Positions 1 to 10,301 of a stretch of 20,129 nt of DNA are shown here, piece after piece; the stretch's first letter is position 1, and each line of letters opens with the position of its first letter. The position numbers and the translations under genes are program-made. The stretch lies in IMG/VR virus record IMGVR_UViG_2534681762_000006. One strand, written 5' to 3'. The notes under the pieces are model-generated. The model ran no database searches. It saw only the letters and a list, made by a program, of their open reading frames with translations, and was not told the origin of the DNA. The stretch is from a virus (lineage: Duplodnaviria; Heunggongvirae; Uroviricota; Caudoviricetes).

Positions 1-88
1 CGTCACCTTCACCAATAAATTCATTAGTTCCGGCCAGCAGATTATAAATTGTTATGGTCCGTGGTTGTTCACTCATTCTGAATGCCAT
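1..88 (-). CDS. tfa: tail fiber assembly protein Tfa, N-terminal 29 codons only (gene runs off the left edge of the window)
   Basis: Minus-strand ATG at 86-88 overlaps the stf stop (TAATG). Hand translation gives [29 protein letters not shown], which matches the N-terminus I remember for lambdoid Tfa proteins. Not in the ORF track because it is truncated by the window edge. Confidence 0.65.
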   Translation of the reverse strand, partial: MAFRMSEQPRTITIYNLLAGTNEFIGEGD

Positions 89-3048
89 TATGCAAGCCTC
101 ACAATATAGTTAAATGCGATGTTTTTGACGGTGTTTTCCGCGTTACCAGCAGCGTTAACGGTGATGGTGTGTCCATGTGAACCAATCGCAACGGAGTGCG
201 TGTGTGCACCAATACCGACAGTATGTGCGTGTGCACCTGCAGATGCTGCTGTGCCGGACAGTGAGTGGCTATGGTTACCATCTGTACTGGTATTAGCTAA
301 CGCCCCCGTAGACATACCTACTGAGCCTTGTACACCCCAGGTATTTTGACCTGAGCTTGTATAACCATATTGATAAGTATCTTTAAAAACACTGGGGTTA
401 AATCGACGGCCATCTCTATGGCTGTGATTACCAGCTGCATTCGTGCTGCCACTTAAACTATGGGTATGCGCACCAGTGTTATTCGTGGATTTAGTGCCGT
501 AATCAAACGACGATGTGGTTTTCGTCCCCAAATCAGTACTGGATGCGCTGGCGCTGTGGGTATGCGATTTTATGCCGTCCTGTTCCTGAGACAATACGGC
601 ACGACCACTGGCGGGCTTGCCCTTAATCGTCCAGCCACGCATATCAGGGATCACGCCTGACGGATAAGCAACTGCAAGTTTCGGGTAAGCAGATTTGTCA
701 AAAGTCTGCCCCTGCATCAGGGCATAGCCAGACGGAACGGTATCTGATGGCCACGGGATTGGTGCGCCAGGCGGATAAAACTGCTCTGATGGCGTATAGA
801 GTGAATAAACTGTACCGTCCGTTAACCCTTCCGGCTTATTAGCAGAATATGCTGGTGACGTATGAATCGTCACGCTGGCATTACTGGTATAATCCCATTG
901 AATATTTACACCAGTCGCATAATTTCCGATTGCAACGTAAATATCGTAAGTATCACCAGATGTATTGACCCAGGCAAAATTTGTAAACCCTGTCGATGTG
1001 CGCTGCCATAAAGCACCAGTAATCCCCTTCGGATTACCATTACCTGCACGTAAAACAAGTTCAGATATACCTGCCTGTTGAGGTGACCCCACGTTAAATC
1101 CAGCGCCACCAATCAACGTAATTGAAACAACAGAACTCGCCTGTGGCATGGTTACCGTTGCTAATTTGAACCAACCAGCACCACCGCTGAATGACATTGT
1201 TGTTGAGTTAAGCGTACCAATATCTTTCGGCGTCAGTGTTATATCCGCTGAAAGCGCCTTACCATTCACCTTACGGGCAGAAGGTACCCGACCATTCGCA
1301 TTGTCATTAGCTGCTTTCACTGCTTTCGGTGTCGCAGCAAGCGTTTCAGATGTGCTGTTGGTTGCACTACTGAGCTGGACAATTCCTTTTTGTGCTGTCG
1401 TAGCGTCCTGTGCGGTGTATTTCCCGTTAGCCAGGTCATACGCGGCCTTAACGGCTTTTGGCGTTGCCGCCAGTGACTCGGAAGTGCTGTTAGTCGCACT
1501 GCTGAGCTGAACTATCCCTTTCTGTGCTGTCGTTGCATCCTGTGCGGTGTATTTCCCGTTAGCCAGGTCATACGCGGCCTTAACGGCTTTTGGCGTTGCC
1601 GCCTGTGACTCGGAAGTGCTGTTGGTCGCACTGCTGAGCTGTACTATCCCCTTTTTCGTCGTGCTCGCATCCTCAAGCGCCACGGCGGATGCAATATCCT
1701 CTGCCCGTTTTGCTGCTGTCTCGGCGCGCGTTGCCGCGGATTCCGCCGTACTTTTGCTCTGTGCTGCCGCTGCCGCACTGCCAGCAGCCTCTGTCGCCTT
1801 CGTGGATGCCGTCGTGGCGCTGCCCCTCGCTGCTGACGCCTGTCTGGTCGCCTCATCTTTTGAAGCAGACGCAGATGATGCCGATGACGCCGCCGAACTG
1901 GCGGACGATGCGGCAGCCGTTTTTGAGGATTCTGCGCTGGTTTCCGACGCTTTCGCGTTCGTTTCGGATGTCTTCGCTGCGGAAGCAGACCTCGCTGCTG
2001 CGCTGGCCTGTTCAGTGGCTTCGCCAGCCTTCGTTGTGGCTGTTGAAGCGGATGATGCGGCGCTTTCTGCCGATTTTCCGGCGGCGGTGGCACTGACTGC
2101 TGCCTCCTCTGCCTTAATGGACGCCTCACGGGCCGATGATGCAGCTGCTGTCTCAGAGTCTGCCGCAGCTGAGGCGCTCTGTTCCGCTGCCGTTTCAGAA
2201 GACCTGGCATTCGTCTCGGACGTTTTTGCCGCCTTCACGGAATTTCCTGCCGCCGTTGCCGAGGAGGCTGCACTGCTGGCGCTTGTGGAGGCGTTCGTTT
2301 CTGATGATTTTGCCGCCTCTTTGGAGGCCGCCGCATCTCTGGCTGAAGTGGCGGCTTCTGACGCTTTCGTCGTCGCAGTGGATGCAGAAGTGGCTGCTGA
2401 TTTTTGTGACGCTGCAGCATTCGTTTCTGACGTTTTCGCCGCACCGGCACTGGTGGCCGCCGCGCTTTTTGAGGACTCTGCAGCGGCAGCACTTTTTGAT
2501 GCTTCAGTGGCCTTTGTTGATGCCGTTCCTGCGCTGGAAGACGCCTCCTGAGCCGAAGTCGCGGCCTGTCCGGCTGACGTGCTGGCTGCACGCGCTGAGC
2601 CTGCAGCATCAGTCGCATGGGTTGCCGCCTCACGGGCAGATGTGCCGGCATCACTGGCTGACTTCTTCGCGGCTGCCGTGTTCTGTGCCACCACGGACGC
2701 GTTACGCGCCACCTCTTCCACCATCAGTTCAAAACGGCGCAGAGCCTCCGGACGGGCATCATCCTCCGTCATGGCACCGAGAAAATCATTCAGCGTACCG
2801 GGTCGGGAATCTTCATACACGGTGATGGTCCCGGCATGTGACGGCGGGAATCCTTCCACCAACAGAATAACGCTGTACTGACCGTACTCAACGTCCATGC
2901 TGTAACGCCCGGCTTCATCCGGATTTTCTGAGGCCAGCGTGTTCACCACCACCGAGGTGCTGTTACGTTTTGCTTTCAGCTGGATTGTGCAGTTCTGTAC
3001 CGGTTTTCCTGTGCCGTCTTTCAGTACACCTGAAATCTTTACTGCCAT
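88..3048 (-). CDS. stf: side tail fiber protein Stf (about 986 aa), with a long Ala/Ser/Thr-rich shaft, three tandem 44-aa repeats and a His-rich C-terminal tip
   Basis: ORF 88..3054 (-). N-terminus [26 protein letters not shown] and C-terminus [24 protein letters not shown] match lambda Stf as I recall it. The likely true start is the ATG at 3046-3048; the ORF track begins at an upstream GTG. Confidence 0.9.
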   Translation of the reverse strand: MAVKISGVLKDGTGKPVQNCTIQLKAKRNSTSVVVNTLASENPDEAGRYSMDVEYGQYSVILLVEGFPPSHAGTITVYEDSRPGTLNDFLGAMTEDDARPEALRRFELMVEEVARNASVVAQNTAAAKKSASDAGTSAREAATHATDAAGSARAASTSAGQAATSAQEASSSAGTASTKATEASKSAAAAESSKSAAATSAGAAKTSETNAAASQKSAATSASTATTKASEAATSARDAAASKEAAKSSETNASTSASSAASSATAAGNSVKAAKTSETNARSSETAAEQSASAAADSETAAASSAREASIKAEEAAVSATAAGKSAESAASSASTATTKAGEATEQASAAARSASAAKTSETNAKASETSAESSKTAAASSASSAASSASSASASKDEATRQASAARGSATTASTKATEAAGSAAAAAQSKSTAESAATRAETAAKRAEDIASAVALEDASTTKKGIVQLSSATNSTSESQAATPKAVKAAYDLANGKYTAQDATTAQKGIVQLSSATNSTSESLAATPKAVKAAYDLANGKYTAQDATTAQKGIVQLSSATNSTSETLAATPKAVKAANDNANGRVPSARKVNGKALSADITLTPKDIGTLNSTTMSFSGGAGWFKLATVTMPQASSVVSITLIGGAGFNVGSPQQAGISELVLRAGNGNPKGITGALWQRTSTGFTNFAWVNTSGDTYDIYVAIGNYATGVNIQWDYTSNASVTIHTSPAYSANKPEGLTDGTVYSLYTPSEQFYPPGAPIPWPSDTVPSGYALMQGQTFDKSAYPKLAVAYPSGVIPDMRGWTIKGKPASGRAVLSQEQDGIKSHTHSASASSTDLGTKTTSSFDYGTKSTNNTGAHTHSLSGSTNAAGNHSHRDGRRFNPSVFKDTYQYGYTSSGQNTWGVQGSVGMSTGALANTSTDGNHSHSLSGTAASAGAHAHTVGIGAHTHSVAIGSHGHTITVNAAGNAENTVKNIAFNYIVRLA
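1270..1665 (-). repeat. three tandem in-frame 132-bp repeats inside stf, each encoding a 44-aa unit ([43 protein letters not shown])
   Basis: The string tgcggtgtatttcccgttagccaggtcatacgcggccttaacggcttttggcgttgccgcc recurs at about 1411 and 1543, a period of 132 bp. The protein shows three consecutive 44-aa units, the third diverged. Confidence 0.85.
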
Positions 3049-3056
3049 ATTCACCC

Positions 3057-3086
3057 CACAAAAAAGCCCGCCTGAACCGGCGGGCT
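3057..3086 (-). terminator. putative intrinsic terminator between lom and stf
   Basis: 8-bp GC-rich stem (3065-3072 pairs with 3079-3086) with a 6-nt loop; on the minus-strand transcript it is followed by UUUUUUGU. It sits just upstream of the stf start and overlaps its RBS region. Confidence 0.55.
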
Positions 3087-3112
3087 GTCATAACACTGTG
3101 TTACCTGGCTAA

Positions 3113-3712
3113 TCAGAACTTATAACCGACACCCACGATGAAACCGTCAGTGCGCCAGTCGCCACTGCCGGAGCCTTCATAAGCAATATCAATGGCCACG
3201 GATTCGGTCGGGTTAAACTGCACGCCAGCTCCCCACGCCAGAGACGTGTTGCTGTGGCGACCGTCATCACTTCCGGTCAGCACGTCGTGCGTTTTCCCCT
3301 TGTTGTCAGTTACGCGGAGATAATCCCCGGAGAAAGTCGACACACGGCTGTAAGCCACACCCGCCATCGCATACGCGCTGAACCATTCATTCACGCGCAC
3401 AGACGGCCCCGCCATTACGCTGAACCAGCGGTTACGAACGGAATCTTCATGCCAGCGAGTATCGCTGTAATGGGTCAGCTGGCGATTCTTGTCTCCTGCA
3501 TAGCTGAATGACGTCACCAGCCCCAGCGTATCCGTAAACTCATAACGGTATTTCACGTTAATCCCGTTCAGATCATCACTGCCGGGAACGTTGGTCCGGG
3601 CATGAAGATACCCCGCGCTCAGCGTGGACTGATGTTCAGACGCCCATGCAGGCGCACCGGATACGGCCAGACAAATGGCTGCGGACAAAATGGCGGCACA
3701 AACTTTACGCAT
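3113..3712 (-). CDS. lom: Lom/Ail-family outer membrane beta-barrel protein (prophage moron)
   Basis: 199-aa ORF with an N-terminal signal peptide (MRKVCAAILSAAICLAVSGAPAWA) and the C-terminus IAYEGSGSGDWRTDGFIVGVGYKF shared with lambda Lom. It occupies the lambda position between J and stf. GAGAGG Shine-Dalgarno upstream of the ATG. Confidence 0.9.
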   Translation of the reverse strand: MRKVCAAILSAAICLAVSGAPAWASEHQSTLSAGYLHARTNVPGSDDLNGINVKYRYEFTDTLGLVTSFSYAGDKNRQLTHYSDTRWHEDSVRNRWFSVMAGPSVRVNEWFSAYAMAGVAYSRVSTFSGDYLRVTDNKGKTHDVLTGSDDGRHSNTSLAWGAGVQFNPTESVAIDIAYEGSGSGDWRTDGFIVGVGYKF

Positions 3713-3733
3713 AATTACCTCTCGCTTTTCTGC

Positions 3734-3760
3734 AATAAAAAAGGCGTCATTCCTGACGCC
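3734..3760 (-). terminator. putative intrinsic terminator between J and lom
   Basis: Stem ggcgtca (3743-3749) pairs with tgacgcc (3754-3760) around a 4-nt loop; the minus-strand transcript continues with UUUUUUAUU. On the plus strand it is flanked by A- and T-rich runs, so it may act in both directions. Confidence 0.55.
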
Positions 3761-3823
3761 ATTTATTGGGGTTATAAATATTTCAACGAATACTGATGCC
3801 GGAAGCCGCTTTTTTGGTCACAA

Positions 3824-4639
3824 TCACCGTACAGTCGGTGATATTGCCTGCCCCCTGATTGCCTTCTGGAAAATCTTAAACTCCAGAGTGACGCTACCAC
3901 CACCACTAGGCATATCAATAACTGCACTGTAACTACCGGGAATGGCCCCTTTAGTTTCTCTGGATGCGATTAATACGCCGTTTTTGCGAACTTCAAAACC
4001 ATAACCCGTGTATCGCGTGCCTCCCGAGTTATTTCCGCTCCCCGGATCGTCATACGCTATACCGTTAAAAATAATGGGCGGAATAATAATCTGGCGGTCA
4101 AAGTTATGATCATCGCTGATGGTGACTGTAACCGTACCGTCTGGTGTTTCCGTGTTACCCCACGTACCGACTTTTTTCGGGAAGGCTTTTGATACAGCTT
4201 TAACGAAATCCCCTCTGACCTGGGTCGCCTCCAGCATGCCCTTAATCGTACAGTTCTGGTTAATCGTGACATTGTTGAGCGTTCCTGAGTTCGCATTCAC
4301 ACTGCCACTGATATCCGCATTTTTAGCGGTCAGCTTTCCGTCTGATGTCAGGGAAAATACCGGAGGACTGCCACCACTGGTAATGGTGGGGGCCGTCAGG
4401 CGCTTCAGGAACACGTCGTTCATGAATATCTGATTGCCCTGCGCCACAAACATCGGCGTTTCATTCCCGTTTGCCGGGTCAATAAATGCGATACGGTTAG
4501 CGGCAACCAGAAACTGACTCAGTTTGCCTTCCTCCGTGTCCTCCATGCTGAGGCCAATACCCGCGACATAATGTTTGCCGTCTTTGGTCTGCTCAATTTT
4601 GACAGCCCACATGGCATTCCACTTATCGTTGGCGTCCTT
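3824..4639 (-). CDS. J: host specificity protein J, C-terminal receptor-binding segment, lying downstream of an in-frame TGA
   Basis: Same reading frame as ORF 4640..7195. The codons after the TGA read [81 protein letters not shown], which matches the lambda J C-terminal region as I recall it. The last ~150 aa diverge from lambda. Confidence 0.85.
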   Translation of the reverse strand, partial: KDANDKWNAMWAVKIEQTKDGKHYVAGIGLSMEDTEEGKLSQFLVAANRIAFIDPANGNETPMFVAQGNQIFMNDVFLKRLTAPTITSGGSPPVFSLTSDGKLTAKNADISGSVNANSGTLNNVTINQNCTIKGMLEATQVRGDFVKAVSKAFPKKVGTWGNTETPDGTVTVTISDDHNFDRQIIIPPIIFNGIAYDDPGSGNNSGGTRYTGYGFEVRKNGVLIASRETKGAIPGSYSAVIDMPSGGGSVTLEFKIFQKAIRGQAISPTVR

Positions 4640-7198
<2,559 letters not shown>

Positions 7199-7217
7199 TC
7201 ACGCTCCATAAATGACA

Positions 7218-7237
7218 AAACCGCCCGCAGGCGGTTT
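7218..7237 (-). other. I-J intergenic stem-loop (possible weak terminator or attenuator)
   Basis: 8-bp stem aaaccgcc / ggcggttt with a 4-nt loop, followed on the minus-strand transcript by a moderately U-rich stretch and then the J ribosome-binding site. Confidence 0.35.
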
Positions 7238-7255
7238 CACATAAAACATTTTGCA

Positions 7256-7550
7256 TCAGCGACCAATCACCACAACCTGACCACCGTCCCCTTCGTCTGC
7301 CGTGCTGATCTCCTGAGAAACCACGCGAGACCCCACGCGCATTTCCCCGTACAGAACAGGCAGAACATTGCCCTGGGCAACCATGTTATCCAGTGAGGAG
7401 AAATAGGTGTTCTGCTTACCGTTATCCGTTGTCTGTGTACGGGGAGTTCTGGCTTTCGGTGCCAGCATCTGCGCCACACCACCGAGCACCATACTGGCAC
7501 CGAGAGAAAACAGGATGCCGGTCATACCACCGGTCCCAATGGCTGCCCCC
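7256..7550 (-). CDS. I: tail tip assembly protein I, C-terminal part, in the frame downstream of a 1-nt frameshift
   Basis: ORF 7256..7552 translates to MGAAIGTGGMTGILFSLGASMVLGGVAQMLAPKARTPRTQTTDNGKQNTYFSSLDNMVAQGNVLPVLYGEMRVGSRVVSQEISTADEGDGGQVVVIGR, matching the lambda gpI C-terminus. Confidence 0.85.
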
Positions 7551-7926
7551 ATGCTGCAAGGGTGGCTCCGGCGGTAAAGAATGATCCGGCAATGGCGGCA
7601 GCCCCCAGGACAATCTGGAATACGCCACCTGACTTGGCCCCGGCGACTCTGGGAACAATATGAATCACAGCGCCATCAGGCAGAGTCTCATGTAACTGCG
7701 CCGTTAACCCGGACGTGCTGACGTCCCGCCCGGCAATCCGTACCTGATACCAGCCGTCGCTCAGTTTCTGACGAAACGCCGGGAGCTGTGTGGCCAGTGC
7801 CCGGATGGCTTCAGCCCCCGTTTTCACACGAAGGTCGATGCGGCGACCAAATCGTTGTAAATCCCCGTAAAGGCAGATGCGCGCCATGCCCGGTGACGCC
7901 AGAGGGAGTGTGTGCGTCGCTGCCAT
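7546..7926 (-). CDS. I: tail tip assembly protein I, N-terminal part, in the frame upstream of the frameshift
   Basis: ORF 7522..7926 begins MAATHTLPLASPGMARICLYGDLQRFGRRIDLRVKTGAEAIRALATQLPAF, the lambda gpI N-terminus. After ...TLAAWG it leaves frame and ends in 7 missense codons. The start overlaps the K 3-prime end by 103 nt, as in lambda. Confidence 0.85.
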
Positions 7927-8567
7927 TTGTCGGTGTACCTCTCTCGTTTGCTCAGTTGTTCAGGAATATGGTGCAGCAGCTCGCCGTCGCCGCAGTAAAT
8001 TGCGGCGTGATTCGGCACTGATGAACCAAAACAGCACAGCAGCACATCGCCCGGCTGTGCCGCTGACAACGGCACCTGATACAGCCCCGTCGCCTCCAGA
8101 TTATCCAGATAGAGATTCTGGCCGTGACGCCACCAGTCATCCTCACGATAAAAGTCCGGCATCTCAATCCCCGCCAGATGATAAGCATCCCGGAACAGTG
8201 TGTAACAGTCCGTCACACCGTGCTCAAAGCGCCGCCCGGAAAGATGCGGCACACAGCGGAACTTATGAATCGTCCCCCGGCAGACCAGCCACCACGGCAA
8301 ATCACTCTGCACCTGCAGCCGCCGGTCGGCCTCACTCAGCCAGGGCAGACCACCGGGGTGGCTGTGGACCAGCGCCACAATCTCACCCTGCATTTCTGCC
8401 TGCAGCCAGTCTTCCGGCGACATACGGAAATACGCCTCCGGCTCACCGGAGATATTCACGCAGGGAAAATATCTTTCCCCCTCCGGCGTGCTTACCACGA
8501 AGCCGCACGACTCCGCTGGCGCACATCGCCGGGCGTGCGCCAGAATCGCTGATTCTGTCTGTGTCAT
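7824..8567 (-). CDS. K: tail tip assembly protein K (MPN/JAB plus NlpC/P60 domains); long form 247 aa from ATG at 8565-8567, lambda-annotated short form 199 aa from ATG at 8421-8423
   Basis: Translation matches lambda gpK. The open frame extends 48 codons upstream of the conventional start with no stop, and that extension contains AESCGFVV, which resembles the conserved Glu of the JAMM motif that precedes HSHPGG. Confidence 0.85.
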   Translation of the reverse strand: MTQTESAILAHARRCAPAESCGFVVSTPEGERYFPCVNISGEPEAYFRMSPEDWLQAEMQGEIVALVHSHPGGLPWLSEADRRLQVQSDLPWWLVCRGTIHKFRCVPHLSGRRFEHGVTDCYTLFRDAYHLAGIEMPDFYREDDWWRHGQNLYLDNLEATGLYQVPLSAAQPGDVLLCCFGSSVPNHAAIYCGDGELLHHIPEQLSKRERYTDKWQRRTHSLWRHRAWRASAFTGIYNDLVAASTFV

Positions 8568-8572
8568 GGGAT

Positions 8573-9271
8573 TTACTGCGAAAGTTTGTTAATGGAAAGG
8601 AAGCCGCCAAAGTTGCCGACGTTATTGCGGAACTTACAACCGCTCAGGCATTTGCTGCATTTATCCTTCGTGATATCGGACGTTGGCTGGTCATATTCAT
8701 CCGCGACAGCCGGACCGCTATAACCGCACTCGTCACCGCGATAGGTCCAGGTGCAGGTGTTGGCCAGCATGATACGTCCCGGAAAAACAGCGCCATCCGT
8801 TTCCGTCGGCGTGGACAGTACAAAGGAGGCACTCACCGCGCTCAGTTCGCTGCACTGCTCAATGCGCCAGCGGCTGATCACCTCCTGCTCCGGATCGGCG
8901 TAACTGTTTCCGTTGACGAAGTTCACCGCATCCAGAAAACGGGCGTAAACCTTACGCCGGACCACCGTTCCGCCGACCAGACTCTGCATATCTTCCGCCA
9001 TCCCGGTGACCATACCGTACAGGTTAGAAACCGTCAGCGTGGGGCGCGTACTGGTGCCTTTGCCATTCAGTTCAAAACCGCTCCCCTGAATGGGATACGG
9101 CTGATACTGTCGCCCCTGCCAGGTGACCGGCTCACCTTTTTCGTTCTGCTCATTACAGAAAAAATAACGTTCTCCACCGACCTCTGTCAGGTCGATTTCC
9201 CAGAGCACCACGCTGGCCGACTGCTCCGCACGGGTGCATTCATTCAGTGTTTCCTGCCGGATATCCTGCAT
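8573..9271 (-). CDS. L: tail tip assembly protein L
   Basis: 232 aa, the same length as lambda gpL. Starts MQDIRQETLNECTRAEQSASVVLWEIDLTEVGGERYFFCNEQNEKGEPVTWQGRQYQPYPIQGSGFELNGKG. Confidence 0.9.
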   Translation of the reverse strand: MQDIRQETLNECTRAEQSASVVLWEIDLTEVGGERYFFCNEQNEKGEPVTWQGRQYQPYPIQGSGFELNGKGTSTRPTLTVSNLYGMVTGMAEDMQSLVGGTVVRRKVYARFLDAVNFVNGNSYADPEQEVISRWRIEQCSELSAVSASFVLSTPTETDGAVFPGRIMLANTCTWTYRGDECGYSGPAVADEYDQPTSDITKDKCSKCLSGCKFRNNVGNFGGFLSINKLSQ

Positions 9272-9600
9272 CAGTTCACCACCTGTTCAAACTCTGCGCT
9301 GAACTCAACACGCAACATACTGACCCGCGACGACCATTTTGCGCAGGTCACCTTTATCTGCCGCCACTCATAAGGCGGCGTCCACAGAAAGGATTTCCAG
9401 CCCCCGTGCTCTTCCAGAAACGACTCCAGTACCGTGGCCTCCTCACGGGGGACAGAAAGCGTCACGCTGTACGTTTTCAGGTTGGCATTCAGCCCGGCAG
9501 GCGCTCGCTGAGAATAGCCATCACCAAAGCGCACCTTTCTTACAGAAGGGACCGAAGCCACATCCATACCGGGTTTCACTTTCCAGCGGAAGGTCTTCAT
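9271..9600 (-). CDS. M: tail tip assembly protein M
   Basis: 109 aa, the same length as lambda gpM. Its start overlaps the H stop by 4 nt (ATGA) and its stop abuts the L start, as in lambda. Confidence 0.9.
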   Translation of the reverse strand: MKTFRWKVKPGMDVASVPSVRKVRFGDGYSQRAPAGLNANLKTYSVTLSVPREEATVLESFLEEHGGWKSFLWTPPYEWRQIKVTCAKWSSRVSMLRVEFSAEFEQVVN

Positions 9601-10301
9601 CGTCCACCTCCGGAGAACAGGCCACCATCACGCATCTGTGTCTGAATTTCATCACGGGCACCCTTGCGGGCCATGTCATACACCGCCTTCAGAGCAGCCG
9701 GACCTATCTGCCCGTTCGTGCCGTCGTTGTTAATCACCACATGGTTATTCTGCTCAAACGTCCCGGACGCCTGCGACCGGCTGTCTGCCATGCTGCCCGG
9801 TGTACCGACATAACCGCCGGTGGCATAGCCGCGCATCAGCCGGTAAAGATTCCCCACGCCAATCCGGCTGGTTGCCTCCTTCGTGAAGACAAATTCACCA
9901 CGGTGAACAATCCCCGCTGGCTCATATTTGCCGCCGGTTCCCGTAAATCCTCCGGTTGCAAAATGGAATTTCGCCGCAGCGGCCTGAATGGCTGTACCGC
10001 CTGACGCGGATGCGCCGCCACCAACAGCCCCGCCAATGGCGCTGCCGATACTCCCGACAATCCCCACCATTGCCTGCTTAAGCAGAATTTCTGTCATCAT
10101 GGACAGCACGGAACGGGTGAAGCTGCGCCAGTTCTGCTCACTGCCGGTCAGCATCGCCGCCATATTCTGTGCAATACCATCAAAGGTCTGCGTGGCTGCA
10201 CTTTTTACCTGCGACATACTGTCCGTGGCGCTCTCTTCCCACTCACTCCAGCCGGACTTCAGGCCTGCCATCCAGCTCCCGCGAAGCTGGTCTTCAGCCG
10301 C
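9597..10301 (-). CDS. H: tail tape measure protein H, C-terminal segment (234 codons) downstream of an in-frame TAG
   Basis: In frame with ORF 10302..12158. It reads AAEDQLRGSWMAGLKSGWSEWEESATDSMSQVKSAATQTFDGIAQNMAAM...RDGGLFSGGGR, matching the lambda gpH C-terminus. Confidence 0.88.
   Translation of the reverse strand, partial: AAEDQLRGSWMAGLKSGWSEWEESATDSMSQVKSAATQTFDGIAQNMAAMLTGSEQNWRSFTRSVLSMMTEILLKQAMVGIVGSIGSAIGGAVGGGASASGGTAIQAAAAKFHFATGGFTGTGGKYEPAGIVHRGEFVFTKEATSRIGVGNLYRLMRGYATGGYVGTPGSMADSRSQASGTFEQNNHVVINNDGTNGQIGPAALKAVYDMARKGARDEIQTQMRDGGLFSGGGR

Noticed and set aside
1270-1665. Possible CRISPR array suggested by the regularly spaced repeats
   Set aside because: The period is 132 bp with no repeat-spacer alternation. 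The units are in-frame coding repeats of the tail fibre, and no cas genes are present.
1148-2881. Several long plus-strand ORFs (for example 1547..2551 at 334 aa, 2136..2825 at 229 aa) and a minus-strand 188-aa ORF inside stf
   Set aside because: They are alternative frames of the GC-rich, repetitive Ala/Ser/Thr codon run of the side tail fibre gene. The translations are low-complexity Ala/Leu or Arg/Pro strings with no independent start signals, so they are frame artefacts.
3713-3823. Possible sigma-70 promoter for lom in the J-lom spacer (TTGAAA ... TAAATG on the minus strand)
   Set aside because: The hexamer match is weak, and the candidate lies upstream of the terminator hairpin, so transcripts from it would meet the terminator before lom. 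Not supportable from sequence alone.
7877-9373. 498-aa plus-strand ORF antisense to K and L
   Set aside because: Same reasoning: it is antisense to two lambda-like genes, Pro/Arg/Ser-rich, and has no homology signal.
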